Shown: positions 9,287 to 20,270 of the stretch, piece by piece
How positions within the stretch are numbered: the stretch's first letter is position 1
Layout: the number at the start of each line of letters is the position of its first letter
Origin: Pristiophorus japonicus
Taxonomy: Eukaryota
DNA length: 64,000 nt
Direction of reading: 5' to 3'
NCBI RefSeq assembly: GCF_044704955.1
Contig: NC_091997.1
Location: 60,140,001 to 60,204,000, forward strand
Notes under the pieces: model-generated
What the model saw: only the letters and a program-made list of their open reading frames with translations
Told to the model about the DNA's origin: nothing
The model's database searches: none
Program-made: the position numbers and the translations under genes

Positions 9287-12272
9287 ACATAGAAATTTAC
9301 AGCGCAGAAGGAGGCCATTTCGGCCCATTGTGTCCGTGACAACCGACAAAGAGCCGCACGGCCCTCGGTCAGCAGCCCTGAACCTGTGAACAATGAACAA
9401 TGATGGAAAGGCAGAGAGCACCCAGCCCAACCAGTCCACCTCACACAACTGCGACACACCTTACACTGAAACATTCTACACTCCACCCCAACCGGAGCCA
9501 TGTGATCTCCTGGGAGAGGCAAAAACCAGATAAAAACCCAGGCCAATTTAGGGAGAAAAAAATCTGGGAAAATTTCTCTCCGACCCATCCAGGCGATCGA
9601 AACTAGTCCAGGAGATCACCCTGGCCATATTCTATTCCCTGCAGTACTTACCATTATATCTGCACTGGCCAACAACAGGTTATCCAGTCTAATCCCAATT
9701 ACCAGCTCTAGGTCCGTAACCCTGCAGGTTACTGCACTTTAAGTGCCCATCCAACCATCTCTTAAAAGTGGTGAGGGTTTCTGCATCCACCACTCTTCCA
9801 GGCAGCAAGTTCCAGATCCCCACAACCCTCTGCGTAAAAAAGCCACCTCCCCTCAAATCTCCTCTAAACCTTCCACCAAACTTAAAACTATGTCCCCTTG
9901 TAATAGACCCCTCCACCAATGGAAATAGGCCCTTACTTCCCACTATGTCCAGGCCCCTCAATATTTTGTACACCTCAATGAGGTCCCCTCCCAGCCTGCT
10001 CTGTTCCAATGAGAACAAACCCAGCCTATCCAATCTGTCCTCATAACTAAGATTCTCCATTCCAGGCAGCATTCTAGTAAATCTCCTCTGCACCTTCTCT
10101 AGTGAAATCACATGCTTCCTATAATACTGCGACCAGAACTGCACGCAGTACTCCAGCTGTGGCCTAACCAGAGTATTATACAATTTAAGCATTAGCTCCC
10201 TGTTCTTATATTCTATGCCTTGGCCAATAAAGGCAAGCATTCTGTATGCCTTCTTAACCACCTTATCCACCTGGCCTGCTACTGTGGACAAGCACTCCAA
10301 GGTCCCTTTGTTCATCTACACTATTAAGTGGCCTACCACTTCATGTGTATACCCTTTCCTTATTAGCCCTCCCAAAGTGCATCACCTCACACGTCCCTGA
10401 ATTAAATTCCATTTGCCACTGCTCTGCCCACCTAACCAGTAGATTGATATCCTCCTGCAGTCCATATTCTATTCCCTGCAGTACTTACCATTATATCTGC
10501 ACTGCAGGAGGATATCTTCATTATCAACCACACAGCCAATTTTAGTGTCATCCGCAAACTTCTTAATCATACTCCCTATATTCAAATCTAAATCATTGAT
10601 ATATACCACAAAAAGCAAGGGACCCAGTACTGAGCCCTGCGGAACCCCACTGGAAACATCCTTCCAGTCACAAAAACATCCATCAATCATTACCCTTTGC
10701 TTCCTACCCAAGCCAATTTTGGATCCAACTTGCCACTTTGCCCTGTATCCCATGGGCTTTAACCTTCGTGACCAGTCTACCATGTGGGACCTTATCAAAA
10801 GCTTTGCTAAATTCCATATACACTACATCGTACACACTACCCTCATTGACCCTCTTGGTTACCTCCTCAAAAAATTCAATCAGGTTAGTCAAACATGATC
10901 CTTCCTTAACAAATCTGTGCTGACTGTCCCTAATTAATCCTTGCCTTTCCAAACATAGATTTATCCTGTCTTTCAGCATTTTACCAATAATTTTCCCACC
11001 ACTGAGGTTAGTCTGACAGGCCTGTAATTACTCAGTCTATCCCTTTCTCCCTTCTTAAACAAGTGTACCACATTAATAGTCCTTCAGTCCTCTGGCACCA
11101 TGCCCAAATCCAAAGAGGATTGGAAAATGATGGTCAAGGCCTCTGCTATTTCCTCTTTTACTTCGCTCAACAGTCTGGGATGCATTTCATCCAGGCCTGG
11201 GGATTTATCTACTTTCAAAGCTGCTAAACTCCTTAATACTTCCTCTCTCACTATATTTATTTCATCCAGAATACCACACTCCTCCTCTATAGCAGTATCT
11301 GCATTGCCCCTTTCCTTTGTAAAACAGATGCAAAGTATTCATTAAGAACCTTACCAACATCTTCCGCCTCCACACAGAGAATGCCCTCAAGGTCCCTAAT
11401 AGGCCCTACTTTTTCTTTAGTTACCCTCTTACTCTTAATATATTTATAGAATATCTTAGGGTTATCTTAAATTTTATTAGCCAAGAATTTTACGTGCTCT
11501 CTCTTAGCATTCCTAATATCCTTTTTAATTTTGCCTCCTAACTTTCTACATTCCTCTAAAGATTCTATAGTATTTAGCCATTGGTATATGACATAAGCGT
11601 CCCTTTTTTTATTTATCTCCCCCGTAAGTCCCTAGACATCCAGGGGGCTCTAGAATTATTTTTCCCAGCCTTTTTCTGCAAGGGCACATGATTGGCCTGA
11701 GCCTTCCAGATCGCCTCCTTGAATGCCTTCCACTGTTCCGACACTGATTTACCCACAAGTAGCTGTTTCCAGTCCAATATGGCCAAATCACTTCTCAACT
11801 TAGCAAAATTAGCTTTTCCCCAATTCGGGACTTTTATTCCAGGCCTATCCTTGTCCTTATCCATAATCAACTTAAATCAGATTGAGTTATGGTCACTGGC
11901 ACCCAAGTGCTCTACCACTAATACCCCTTCAACCTGCCCAGCTTCATTCCCCAAAACTAAATCCAATAACGGCCCTCTCTCATGTTGGGCTTGCTACATA
12001 CTGACTAAAAAAGTTCTCTTGAATGCATTTTAAGAATTCCACATCCTCTACACCCTTCACACTAAATTTGTCCCAATCAATATTTGGATAGTTAAAACCC
12101 CCTACTATTACTACCCTATGGTTTTTAGACTTCACAGCAATTTGCCGACATATTTGCTCCTCTATCTCCCTCCCACTGTTTGGGGGTCTATAATACACGC
12201 CCAGCAGTGTGATCGCCCCTTTTTTATTTTTCAATTCGACCCATATGGCCTCATTTGATGATCCCTCTAACA
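9287..12272 (-). mobile_element. 5'-truncated CR1 LINE (EN-RT) with a long ~400-nt 3' UTR
   Basis: ORFs 11980-12306 (YYRPP, FNYPNIDW), 10704-10979 (SQH, FSKAFDKVPH), 10469-10798 (GVPQGSVLGP, KFADDTK), 9689-10315 (EYCVQFWS). Tail at 9287. Confidence 0.92.
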
Positions 12273-12387
12273 TATTTACTTTATCTGTGAGTTCAGTGTG
12301 GTGCATGAATAATCTCTGAATTCATTCAGCAGTAAGAGTTTTCTGAAACCTTCTGAGGCAGAGGGTGCTCACACCTAATATCGAAAA

Positions 12388-12518
12388 TTGTTCCTAGGTT
12401 TATCAGTAACCGTCAGGGCTGCTGACCGAGGGCTGTGCGGCTCTTTGTTGGCCGGCGCGGACACGATGGGCCCAAATGGCCGCGTTCTGCGCTGTAAATT
12501 TCTAAATGAAATTTCTAT
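12388..12518 (+). mobile_element. Short 3' tail of the same CR1 family as 9287-12272, opposite orientation
   Basis: cagggctgctgaccgaggg...ttctgcgctgtaaatttcta is the reverse complement of about 9290-9380. Confidence 0.8.
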
Positions 12519-12572
12519 TGTGAGAACACTTGCAGGATTTGAGGTTCAGTGTGTGTAAAGTGAAAATCGCAA

Positions 12573-15200
12573 ATGTCAAAAAAGTGTAATTGCTGCTTTA
12601 ATAACCGGCTTCAAAAGGATCTTCCAGATTTAGGACCAACCAGAAAAGAAAGATCTGTATTATCTTCGATATGCCCATCAGGATTTTCCATTTCAAGTGG
12701 AGGTAGGACTTTTATAAAAGAGCACGAAGGTACTGTTAAACAAAGAGCTGCTCACACAGCACGTGGAAGTTCAAGTTCCACAACTGATTCCTTTCGCAAA
12801 GTTGAGTCAATACAGAGTGAGCATGGCCTTCTGCATATCATACCATTGTACAGAATCACAGCTTCAGGTCAATTGACTGTACTTCCAACTTAAATAAAAT
12901 ATTCATCAACCCAAAAATACCCATGTACATGGGCAAACTGTGAAGCGATCGTTGAAAATGCTTTTGCTCCATGAGTAAATGATGAAGTAATTGAAGACCT
13001 GCAAAATGTTCAGTAGGTGTTCAGTCGGTCTGTTGGTGCATCAAATAACAGGCATGGAAAGTTGCTTCCTGCATTTGTTCTCGAGTTTAAGGCTTATGAA
13101 GGCAGTTCATTTGTGCACACTAAACTTGTGGGTTTTGTGCAACTTACAGGAGAGATGTCAGACCTTACTGCAGCTGAGATAATAAATGTTATGAATGAGG
13201 ATGGAATGGGAAATAAGGTTGTGACCTTGAAGCAGCTAAGACAAACACAAACTTTGGCAGCCGACACAAACATGGAATGGAAAATGTGCAGAGCAAAGTA
13301 AAGGCCGGTGTAAAATGGGAAGCGAGAGGCCTTGGGAACTGCCCTGTTCACATCGCGCACAACTCTGTCCCAACTGCAAGGGATGCAACATTCAGCACTT
13401 TCTAATTAAGATATTCAGTGTTTGTGGGGAAAGACTGAAAGGTTTCTGTGAGTCTGTGGGGCACGAATGTCAGAATATACTGGGATACAGTAATGTCAGA
13501 TGGCTGTCGATGTTACCTGCTTTACAGAGGATCCTTCAACTTTATGAGTCGTTGACATCATTTTTCTTGTCAGAGGAAAGTGCCCAGTCTACACACAATA
13601 GTTAAAGAACCATGTACTGAACTCCGCTTGCTTTGCAAACGTGGCACCTTTTCATGACACAATCAAATCGCTTGAGGGAGATGATGGTTATGTGGTGGAG
13701 TCAGCTGACATCTTAAACAATCTCGATATGAAGCTGGTTACAAGGTATGAAGACTCTGTGCCTGTTTTACTGAGAAGATGACTGAGAGACCTAGAAGGAG
13801 CGGGGGTCGTGACACGTTAGTGCTAACTTAATGTGTCAAGATCTTTCATTGATACAGCCATAAAATACATGTGTGTATGGGGAAAGCATTTCGATGGTTT
13901 GAGAGATTTGAAGTATCTCCCTTTAAAGAAAATTCCTTCAAGATCCGAGATTGAAACGGCAGTCGACTTACTGCAGAAGAAATATGACAATTAACGAGGA
14001 GGCTTTGGGGCCGAACCTCAGCCTCCCCAAGCGGCCCCTTCCTGTCGGATGCAGCGGCCGAGCGGGGAGTCGAGTGGCCGCCGACAGCGGAATTCACCTG
14101 AGGGTTTTCTGGCGGTCCTCACTTCCGCCCCGCTGCTGCCGACCCTCCTGAGTGCGCCATCAAAGCGCGCTCCACCGGTCTCCCGCACCGCCATCTAAAT
14201 TCACCCGTAACAATCTTCGTCCCGCCCCACTCCCCTCATCACCCCCCCCGCTATCCCCTTACCCCCCCACTCCCACCTCATCCCCCGCTCCCCCTCAACT
14301 CCCTCACTTTGCCCTCAGCCCCCGCTCTCCCCTCACCCCCCTAGTCCCCCCCTCACCTCCCCTCCTCCCCTCACGTGTCACTGCCCCACTCCCCCCTCAC
14401 TGCCTCCTCACCCCTTCACCCCCTCACTCCCCCCTCAACCCCCATTCCCCCCCTCACCCCCTCACTCCACCCCTCAACCCCCCTCTGCCCTCGCCCCACT
14501 CCCCCCTCACCCCACTACCCCTCCCCCATCACCCCACTCCCCCCTCACCCCCCGCACCCCCCCCACACCCCCGCTCCCCCCAACCCACCCCTCCCCCTCA
14601 CCCCCTCATCCCACTACCCCTTCACTGTCCTCACTCCCCCTCCCCCCTCACCGTCCCACTACCCCCCTCACCCCACTCCCCCCTCACCCTGCCTCCCCTC
14701 ACCCCCCCACTCCCCCCATTAAGAGCGACTGCTCCAAAAAAATTGCCAAAGAGCTGAATTTCACGCAGGAGACTACCTCACCCACAGTGGCGGAAAAAAC
14801 ATTTCAACAGCGGTAGATGTACCCGTTTCGGGCAGACCTGAATCCCTACCCCCTTGTTTGATGAAGTAACTGTGTGAAATGCGACAGGGAAACTGTGTAA
14901 AGGTAATGGCAACAACCACAGGGTGTGGTCCAGGAGATGAAGCCATCAAGCATTTCAGGGAATCCTCAGTATCACATGTAAATATTTAAAACATGGCAGA
15001 ACCTGCCGTCTAACGATAATGCTTCAGTCGAGAGGATTTTTTGCCCTGGACATCGTGTGGACTGCAGAAAAATCCAGATGCAAGGTGGAAACTGTGAAAC
15101 CTCTTCTCACTGTCAAAACCAACTTCTGGTGTTTGACAACAGACTGAACAAGAACATTAAAATTCAAAAACATCATCAAAGAAATACAGATCTGGACCCA
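12573..15200 (+). pseudogene. Decayed hAT-superfamily transposase
   Basis: N-terminal MSKKC...FSISSGGR zinc-finger-like region; NVRWLSMLPALQRIL (RWLS motif); C-terminal dimerization block NASVERIF...WTAEKSRCKVETVK near 15017-15125. TIRs not identified. Confidence 0.8.
14008..14853 (-). mobile_element. Harbinger-like MITE (copy B) with a C-rich low-complexity core, nested in the hAT
   Basis: Flanked by TTG at 14005-14007 and 14854-14856. Removing it restores the hAT reading E-E-A-L-F-D-E-V. Terminus homologous to 1167-1296. Confidence 0.75.
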
Positions 15201-15400
15201 ACGAGCTTCTGTTGTGCTGCCAGCATCGGAAATAATGCCCGCACAATTCCTTGTATGTTTTAGGGGTGGGAGGTTTTTGTTTATAGACAATTTCCGCCTC
15301 CTCGATATTTTTGGGGATCTGTGAGAATTGAGGGTGACTATTTTTGTACCACTATACATACAAACTGTATCCAATCATTTGCTTGTAGTTTTACAATGCA

Positions 15401-15413
15401 CCACCAGGTGGCG
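15401..15413 (+). promoter_or_regulatory. CTCF-like motif CCACCAGGTGGCG
   Basis: Close match to the CCASYAGRKGGCR consensus. Motif only. Confidence 0.4.
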
Positions 15414-15778
15414 AACGTCATTTCTGTTGATTCTCATTAAAATTGTAATACTTGTTATATCCGCATTATCGGTGACTGTGTGATGGTTGATGGAGTATAA
15501 TCTCTATGCGTATTCCATAACATCGGCATGCGTCCTGGCTACTTTGTTGTGTCCCTACCCTATGTGTCCCCAGATTCGGTTTAGAAAATATATTCACCCT
15601 ACCTTAGACCCTCAAACAAGCCGTCACTCCCACACCTTGCCTTCTCACACCCCAGCTCACCTGCACCCTCCCTCCCCCGGCCCTGACCCATACTGTCTCC
15701 ACACGAGCCACAGGGCGTGCTTTAGAGCCCTTTGACATCATCGGACGCTGTGTCTGCCCTTTTATCCTCTCCGACCAT

Positions 15779-16960
15779 CGGGCACAAGGTCCAACACAAG
15801 AGATTGGTGTGCAGAATTAAACACATGGTATTGGGGGTAATGTATTGACGTGGATAGAGAACTGGTTGGCAGACAGGAAGCAAAGAGTAGAAATAAACGG
15901 GTCCTTTTCAGAATGGCAGGCAGTGACTAGTGGGGTACCGCAAAGTTCAGTGCTGGGACCCCAGCTCTTTACAATATAAATCAATGATTTAGATGAAGGA
16001 ATTGAATGTAATATCTCCCAAGTTTGCAGATGACACTAAGCTGGGTGGCAGTGTGAGCTGTGAGGAGGATGCTAAGAGGCTGCAGGGTGACTTGGACAGG
16101 TTAGGTGAGTGGGTAAGTGCATGGCAGATGCAGTATAATGTAGATAAATGTGAGGTTATCCACTTTGGTGGCAAAAACAGGAAGTCAGACTATTATCTGA
16201 ATGGTGACAGATTAGGAAAAGGGGAGGTGCAACGAGACCTGGGTGTCATGGTACATCAGTCATTGAAAGTTGGCTTGCAGGTACAGCAAGCGGTGAAGAA
16301 GGCAAATGGCATGTTGGCCTTCATAGCGAGAGGATTTGAGTATAGGAGCAGGGAGGTCTTACTGCAGTTGTACAGGGCCTTGGTGAGGCCACACCTTGAA
16401 TACTGTGTACAGTTTTGGTCTCCTAATCTGAGGAAGGACATTCTTGCTATTGAGGGAGTGCAGCGAAGGTTCACCAGACTGATTCCCAGGATGGCAGGAC
16501 TGACATATGAAGAAAAACTGGATCGACTAGGCTTTTATTCACTGGAATTTAGAAGAATGAGAGGGGATCTCATAGAAACATATAAAATTCTGACGGGACT
16601 GGACAGGTTAGATGCAGGAAGAATGTTCCCGATGTTGGGGAAGTCCAGAACCAGGGGTCACAGTTTAAATGTAAGGGGTAAGCCATTTAGGACCGAGATG
16701 AGGAGAAACTTCTTCACTCAGAGAATTGTGAACCTGTGGAATTCTCTACCACAGAAAGTTGTTGAGGCCAGTTCATTAGATATATTCAAAAGGGAGTCAG
16801 ATATGGCCCTTATGGCTAAAGGGATCGCTGGGTATGGAGAGAAAGCAGGAAAGGGGTACTGAGGTAAATGATCAGCCATGATATTATTGAATGGTGGTGC
16901 AGGCTCGAAGGGCCGAATGGCCTACCCCTGCACCTATTTTCTATGTTTCTATGTTTCTAT
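15779..16960 (+). mobile_element. Young 5'-truncated CR1 with a 24-bp target-site duplication
   Basis: RT C-terminus plus (tttctatg)n tail. tgcccttttatcctctccgaccat occurs at 15755-15778 and 16960-16983. Confidence 0.95.
15993..16862 (+). CDS. CR1 ORF2 C-terminal part (RT FADD onward); open but truncated, not expected to be functional
   Basis: KFADDTK...EYCVQFWSP...RRNFFTQR, nearly the same as the C-terminal part of 49991-51502. Confidence 0.7.
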   Translation: MKELNVISPKFADDTKLGGSVSCEEDAKRLQGDLDRLGEWVSAWQMQYNVDKCEVIHFGGKNRKSDYYLNGDRLGKGEVQRDLGVMVHQSLKVGLQVQQAVKKANGMLAFIARGFEYRSREVLLQLYRALVRPHLEYCVQFWSPNLRKDILAIEGVQRRFTRLIPRMAGLTYEEKLDRLGFYSLEFRRMRGDLIETYKILTGLDRLDAGRMFPMLGKSRTRGHSLNVRGKPFRTEMRRNFFTQRIVNLWNSLPQKVVEASSLDIFKRESDMALMAKGIAGYGEKAGKGY

Positions 16961-17559
16961 GCCCTTTTATCCTCTCCGACCATTGCATCCAGCACCTTTA
17001 ACAGTGATCACTAATCATTATTCTGTTGCTGATCTGCATTTCCCGATTTATGTCCTCAATTTCTTTTCTATAACTTCTTTGTTCAATGACGTCTGACTGG
17101 GAATATACTACATCAGTGTCCGAGCATGCCACAATATTCCGCTCCCATTCATCTCACGCCGCTTTCGGGGTGATTTCCAAAACCGCTCTTTGTTTGTGCT
17201 TGTGACTTCTCTATTTCTAGTTTCTCATTCCTCTCCCTCAATAGACTCCAACTTACTGCAACAGGCAGCACCACACTACTTTACGCTGCTTATCTCTGTA
17301 CCCTCTGCGACCTCTCTACTACACGTGAGCAATGGCAGCACACCGTACAGGCTTCTGCATATTTCTCCTGCCCCTTTGGCAACTTCTTATCGACAGATTT
17401 CTGGATTATCTCTTCTATCTTACTCCAACCATGCTGGACACAATGTCCTGACTGCTACATCCCTTTCTGTGTAAAGTTGTTCAGGTGTGTAATCCCTTTA
17501 CTGTGTCAAGAACAGTGTAACTTTGCTCCTTGCTTCGTCAGCAATCGAATTGCAGGTTT

Positions 17560-17985
17560 GCGGCCACAGGTTGGAGCAGCAATTCAGTCGGATTATTATT
17601 AATTTGTCCCCATGTTTAGAGAAGTAACCCTATTACAAGGTCTAACCTTCAGCTCAGAAACTGTTATGAAGATTACTAAGCACTTTATTTGATTGCCAAA
17701 CAGCTATGAGCAACACTCTGTTGTCGACGCCGGGTTCGGATGTGGATTGAGCAGATCCTTGTTCTGGGGAGGGACAGGATTGCCGACTGAAGCTCTTCTC
17801 CCGGACTCTCCCCCATCGAACAGTCATTCTCCTTTTATATAAGGGTTGGTCTTCAGGATTCCAACACCTGTCAAAGGCTCCTTTGTCATCATTACTCTTT
17901 GTTCCAATGTCCAAAGTCACATGCTGTTGGCTGCATGTTTTCTGTTTATTTTACTTGCAGTTGTCAAAATAATGCGGTTTGTGGT
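17560..17985 (-). mobile_element. Possible decayed LTR
   Basis: Minus-strand TATA (17833-17842) lies about 145 bp before AATAAA (17684-17689). Weak PBS-like sequence near 17562-17582. Confidence 0.3.
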
Positions 17986-17989
17986 TAAC

Positions 17990-18052
17990 TTAAAGACTTG
18001 CATTTCTGTAGCGCCTTTCATGAGCACCAGACGTCTCAAAGTGCTTTACAGC
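17990..18052 (-). mobile_element. SINE 3' tail fragment
   Basis: aaagacttgcatttctgtagcgcctttcatga is the reverse complement of the tail at 20853-20886. Confidence 0.7.
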
Positions 18053-18060
18053 TGCGGGAA

Positions 18061-20270
18061 ACTGACCGGGGCCAGAGTCCGGACACTGAGCTGACCGGGG
18101 CCAGACCCGGACACTGAGCTGACCAGGGCCAGACCCAGACACTGATCTGACCGGGGCCAGACCTGGACACTGAGCTGACCGGGGCCAGACCCGGACACTG
18201 AGCTGACTAGGGCCAGAGTCCGGACACTGAGCTGACCGGGGCCAGACCCGGACACTGAGCTGACCAGGGCCAGACCTGGACACTGAACTGACCAGGGCCA
18301 GACCCGAACACAGCTGACCGGGGCCAGACCCGGACACTGAGCTGACCGGGGCCAGAGTCCGGACACTGAGCTGACCGGGGCCAGAGTCCGGACACTGAGC
18401 TGACCAGGGACAGAGTCCGGACACTGAGCTGACCGGGGCCAGAGTCCGGACACTGAGCTGACCGGGGCCAGAGTCCAGACACTGAGCTGACCAGGGACAG
18501 ACCTGGACACTGAGCTGACCGGGGCCAGAGTTCAGACACTGAGCTGACCGGGGCCAGACCCGGACACTGAGCTGACTGGGGACAGACCCGGACACAGCTG
18601 ATCGGGGCCAGAGTCCGGACACTGAGCTGACCGGGGCCAGAATCTGGACACTGAGCTGACCGGGGCCAGACCCGGACACTGAGCTGACCAGGGCCAGAGT
18701 CCGGACACTGAGCTGACCGGGGCCAGACCCGAACACTGAGCTGACCGGGGCCAGACCCGGACACTGAGCTGACCAGGGCCAGAGTCCGGACACTGAGCTG
18801 ACCGGGGCCAGACCCAAACACTGAGCTGACCGGGGCCAGACCCGAACACTGAGCTGACCGGGGCCAGACCCCGGACACTGAGCTGACCGGGGCCAGACCC
18901 GGACATTGAGCTGACCAGGGCCAGACCCGAACACAGATCTGACCGGGGCCAGACCCGGACACTGAGCTGACCGGGGCCAGACCCGGACACTGAGCTGACC
19001 GGGGCCAGACCCGGACACAGCTGATCGGGGCCAGAGTCCGGACACTGAGCTGACCAGGGCCAGACCCGAACACAGATCTGACCGGGGCCAGACCTGGACA
19101 CAGCTGATCGGGGCCAGAGTCCGGACACTGAGCTGACCGGGGCCAGACCCAAACACTGAGCTGACTAGGGCCAGAGTCCGGACACTGAGCTGACCGGGGC
19201 CAGACCCAAACACTGAGCTGACCGGGGCCAGACCCGAACACTGAACTGACCGGGGCCAGACCCCGGACACTGAGCTGACCGGGGCCAGACCCGGACACTG
19301 AGCTGACCAGGGCCAGACCCGAACACAGATCTGACCGGGGACAGACCCGGACACTGAGCTGACCGGGGCCAGACACGGACACTGAGCTGACCAGGGCCAG
19401 ACCCGGACACTGAGCTGACCGGGGCCAGACGCGGACACAGCTGATCGGGGCCAGAGTCCGGACACTGAGCTGACCGGGGCCAGACGCGGACACAGCTGAT
19501 CGGGGCCAGAGTCCGGACACTGAGCTGACCGGGGCCAGACCCGAACACTGAACTGACCGGGGCCAGACCCCGGACACTGAGCTGACCGGGGCCAGACCCG
19601 GACACCGAGCTGACCAGGGCCAGACCCGAACACAGATCTGACCGGGGACAGACCCGGACACTCAGCTGACCGGGGCCAGACACGGACACTGAGCTGACCA
19701 GGGCCAGACCCGGACACTGAGCTGACCGGGGCCAGACGCGGACACAGCTGATCGGGGCCAGAGTCCGGACACTGAGCTGACCAGGGCCAGACCCGAACAC
19801 AGATCTGACCGGGGCCAGACCTGGACACAGCTGATCGGGGCCAGAGTCCGGACACTGAGCTGACCGGGGCCAGACCCGGACACTGAGCTGACCAGGGCCA
19901 GAGTCCGGACACTGAGCTGACCGGGGCCAGACCCAAACACTGAGCTGACCGGGGCCAGACCCGAACACTGAGCTGACCGGGGCCAGACCCGAACACTGAG
20001 CTGACCGGGGCCAGACCCGGACACTGAGCTGACCGGGGCCAGACCCGAACACAGATCTGACTGGGGCCAGACCCGGACACTGAGCTGACTGGGGCCAGAC
20101 CCGGACACTGAGCTGACCAGGGCCAGACCCGAACACAGATCTGACCAGGGCCAGACCCGGACACAGCTGATCGGGGCCAGAGTCCGGACACTGAGCTGAC
20201 CAGGGCCAGACCCGAACACAGATCTGACCGGGGACAGACCTGGACACAGCTGATCGTGGCCAGAGTCCGG
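18061..20270. repeat. GC/CpG-rich minisatellite, 28/29-bp unit (ctgagctgaccggggccagacccggaca)
   Basis: Tandem periodicity, about 78 units with 26-29-bp variants. A diagnostic variant recurs at 19241 and 19548 (~307-bp higher-order duplication). Confidence 0.97.

Noticed and set aside
14152-14757. Proline-rich ORFs (also 20744-21355, 58201-59007, 61848-62678)
   Set aside because: Low-complexity C/G tracts lack stops for compositional reasons.
1167-14853. One 13.7-kb composite transposon bounded by the inverted MITE ends
   Set aside because: Copy B has its own TTG duplication and interrupts the hAT frame, so it is an independent insertion.
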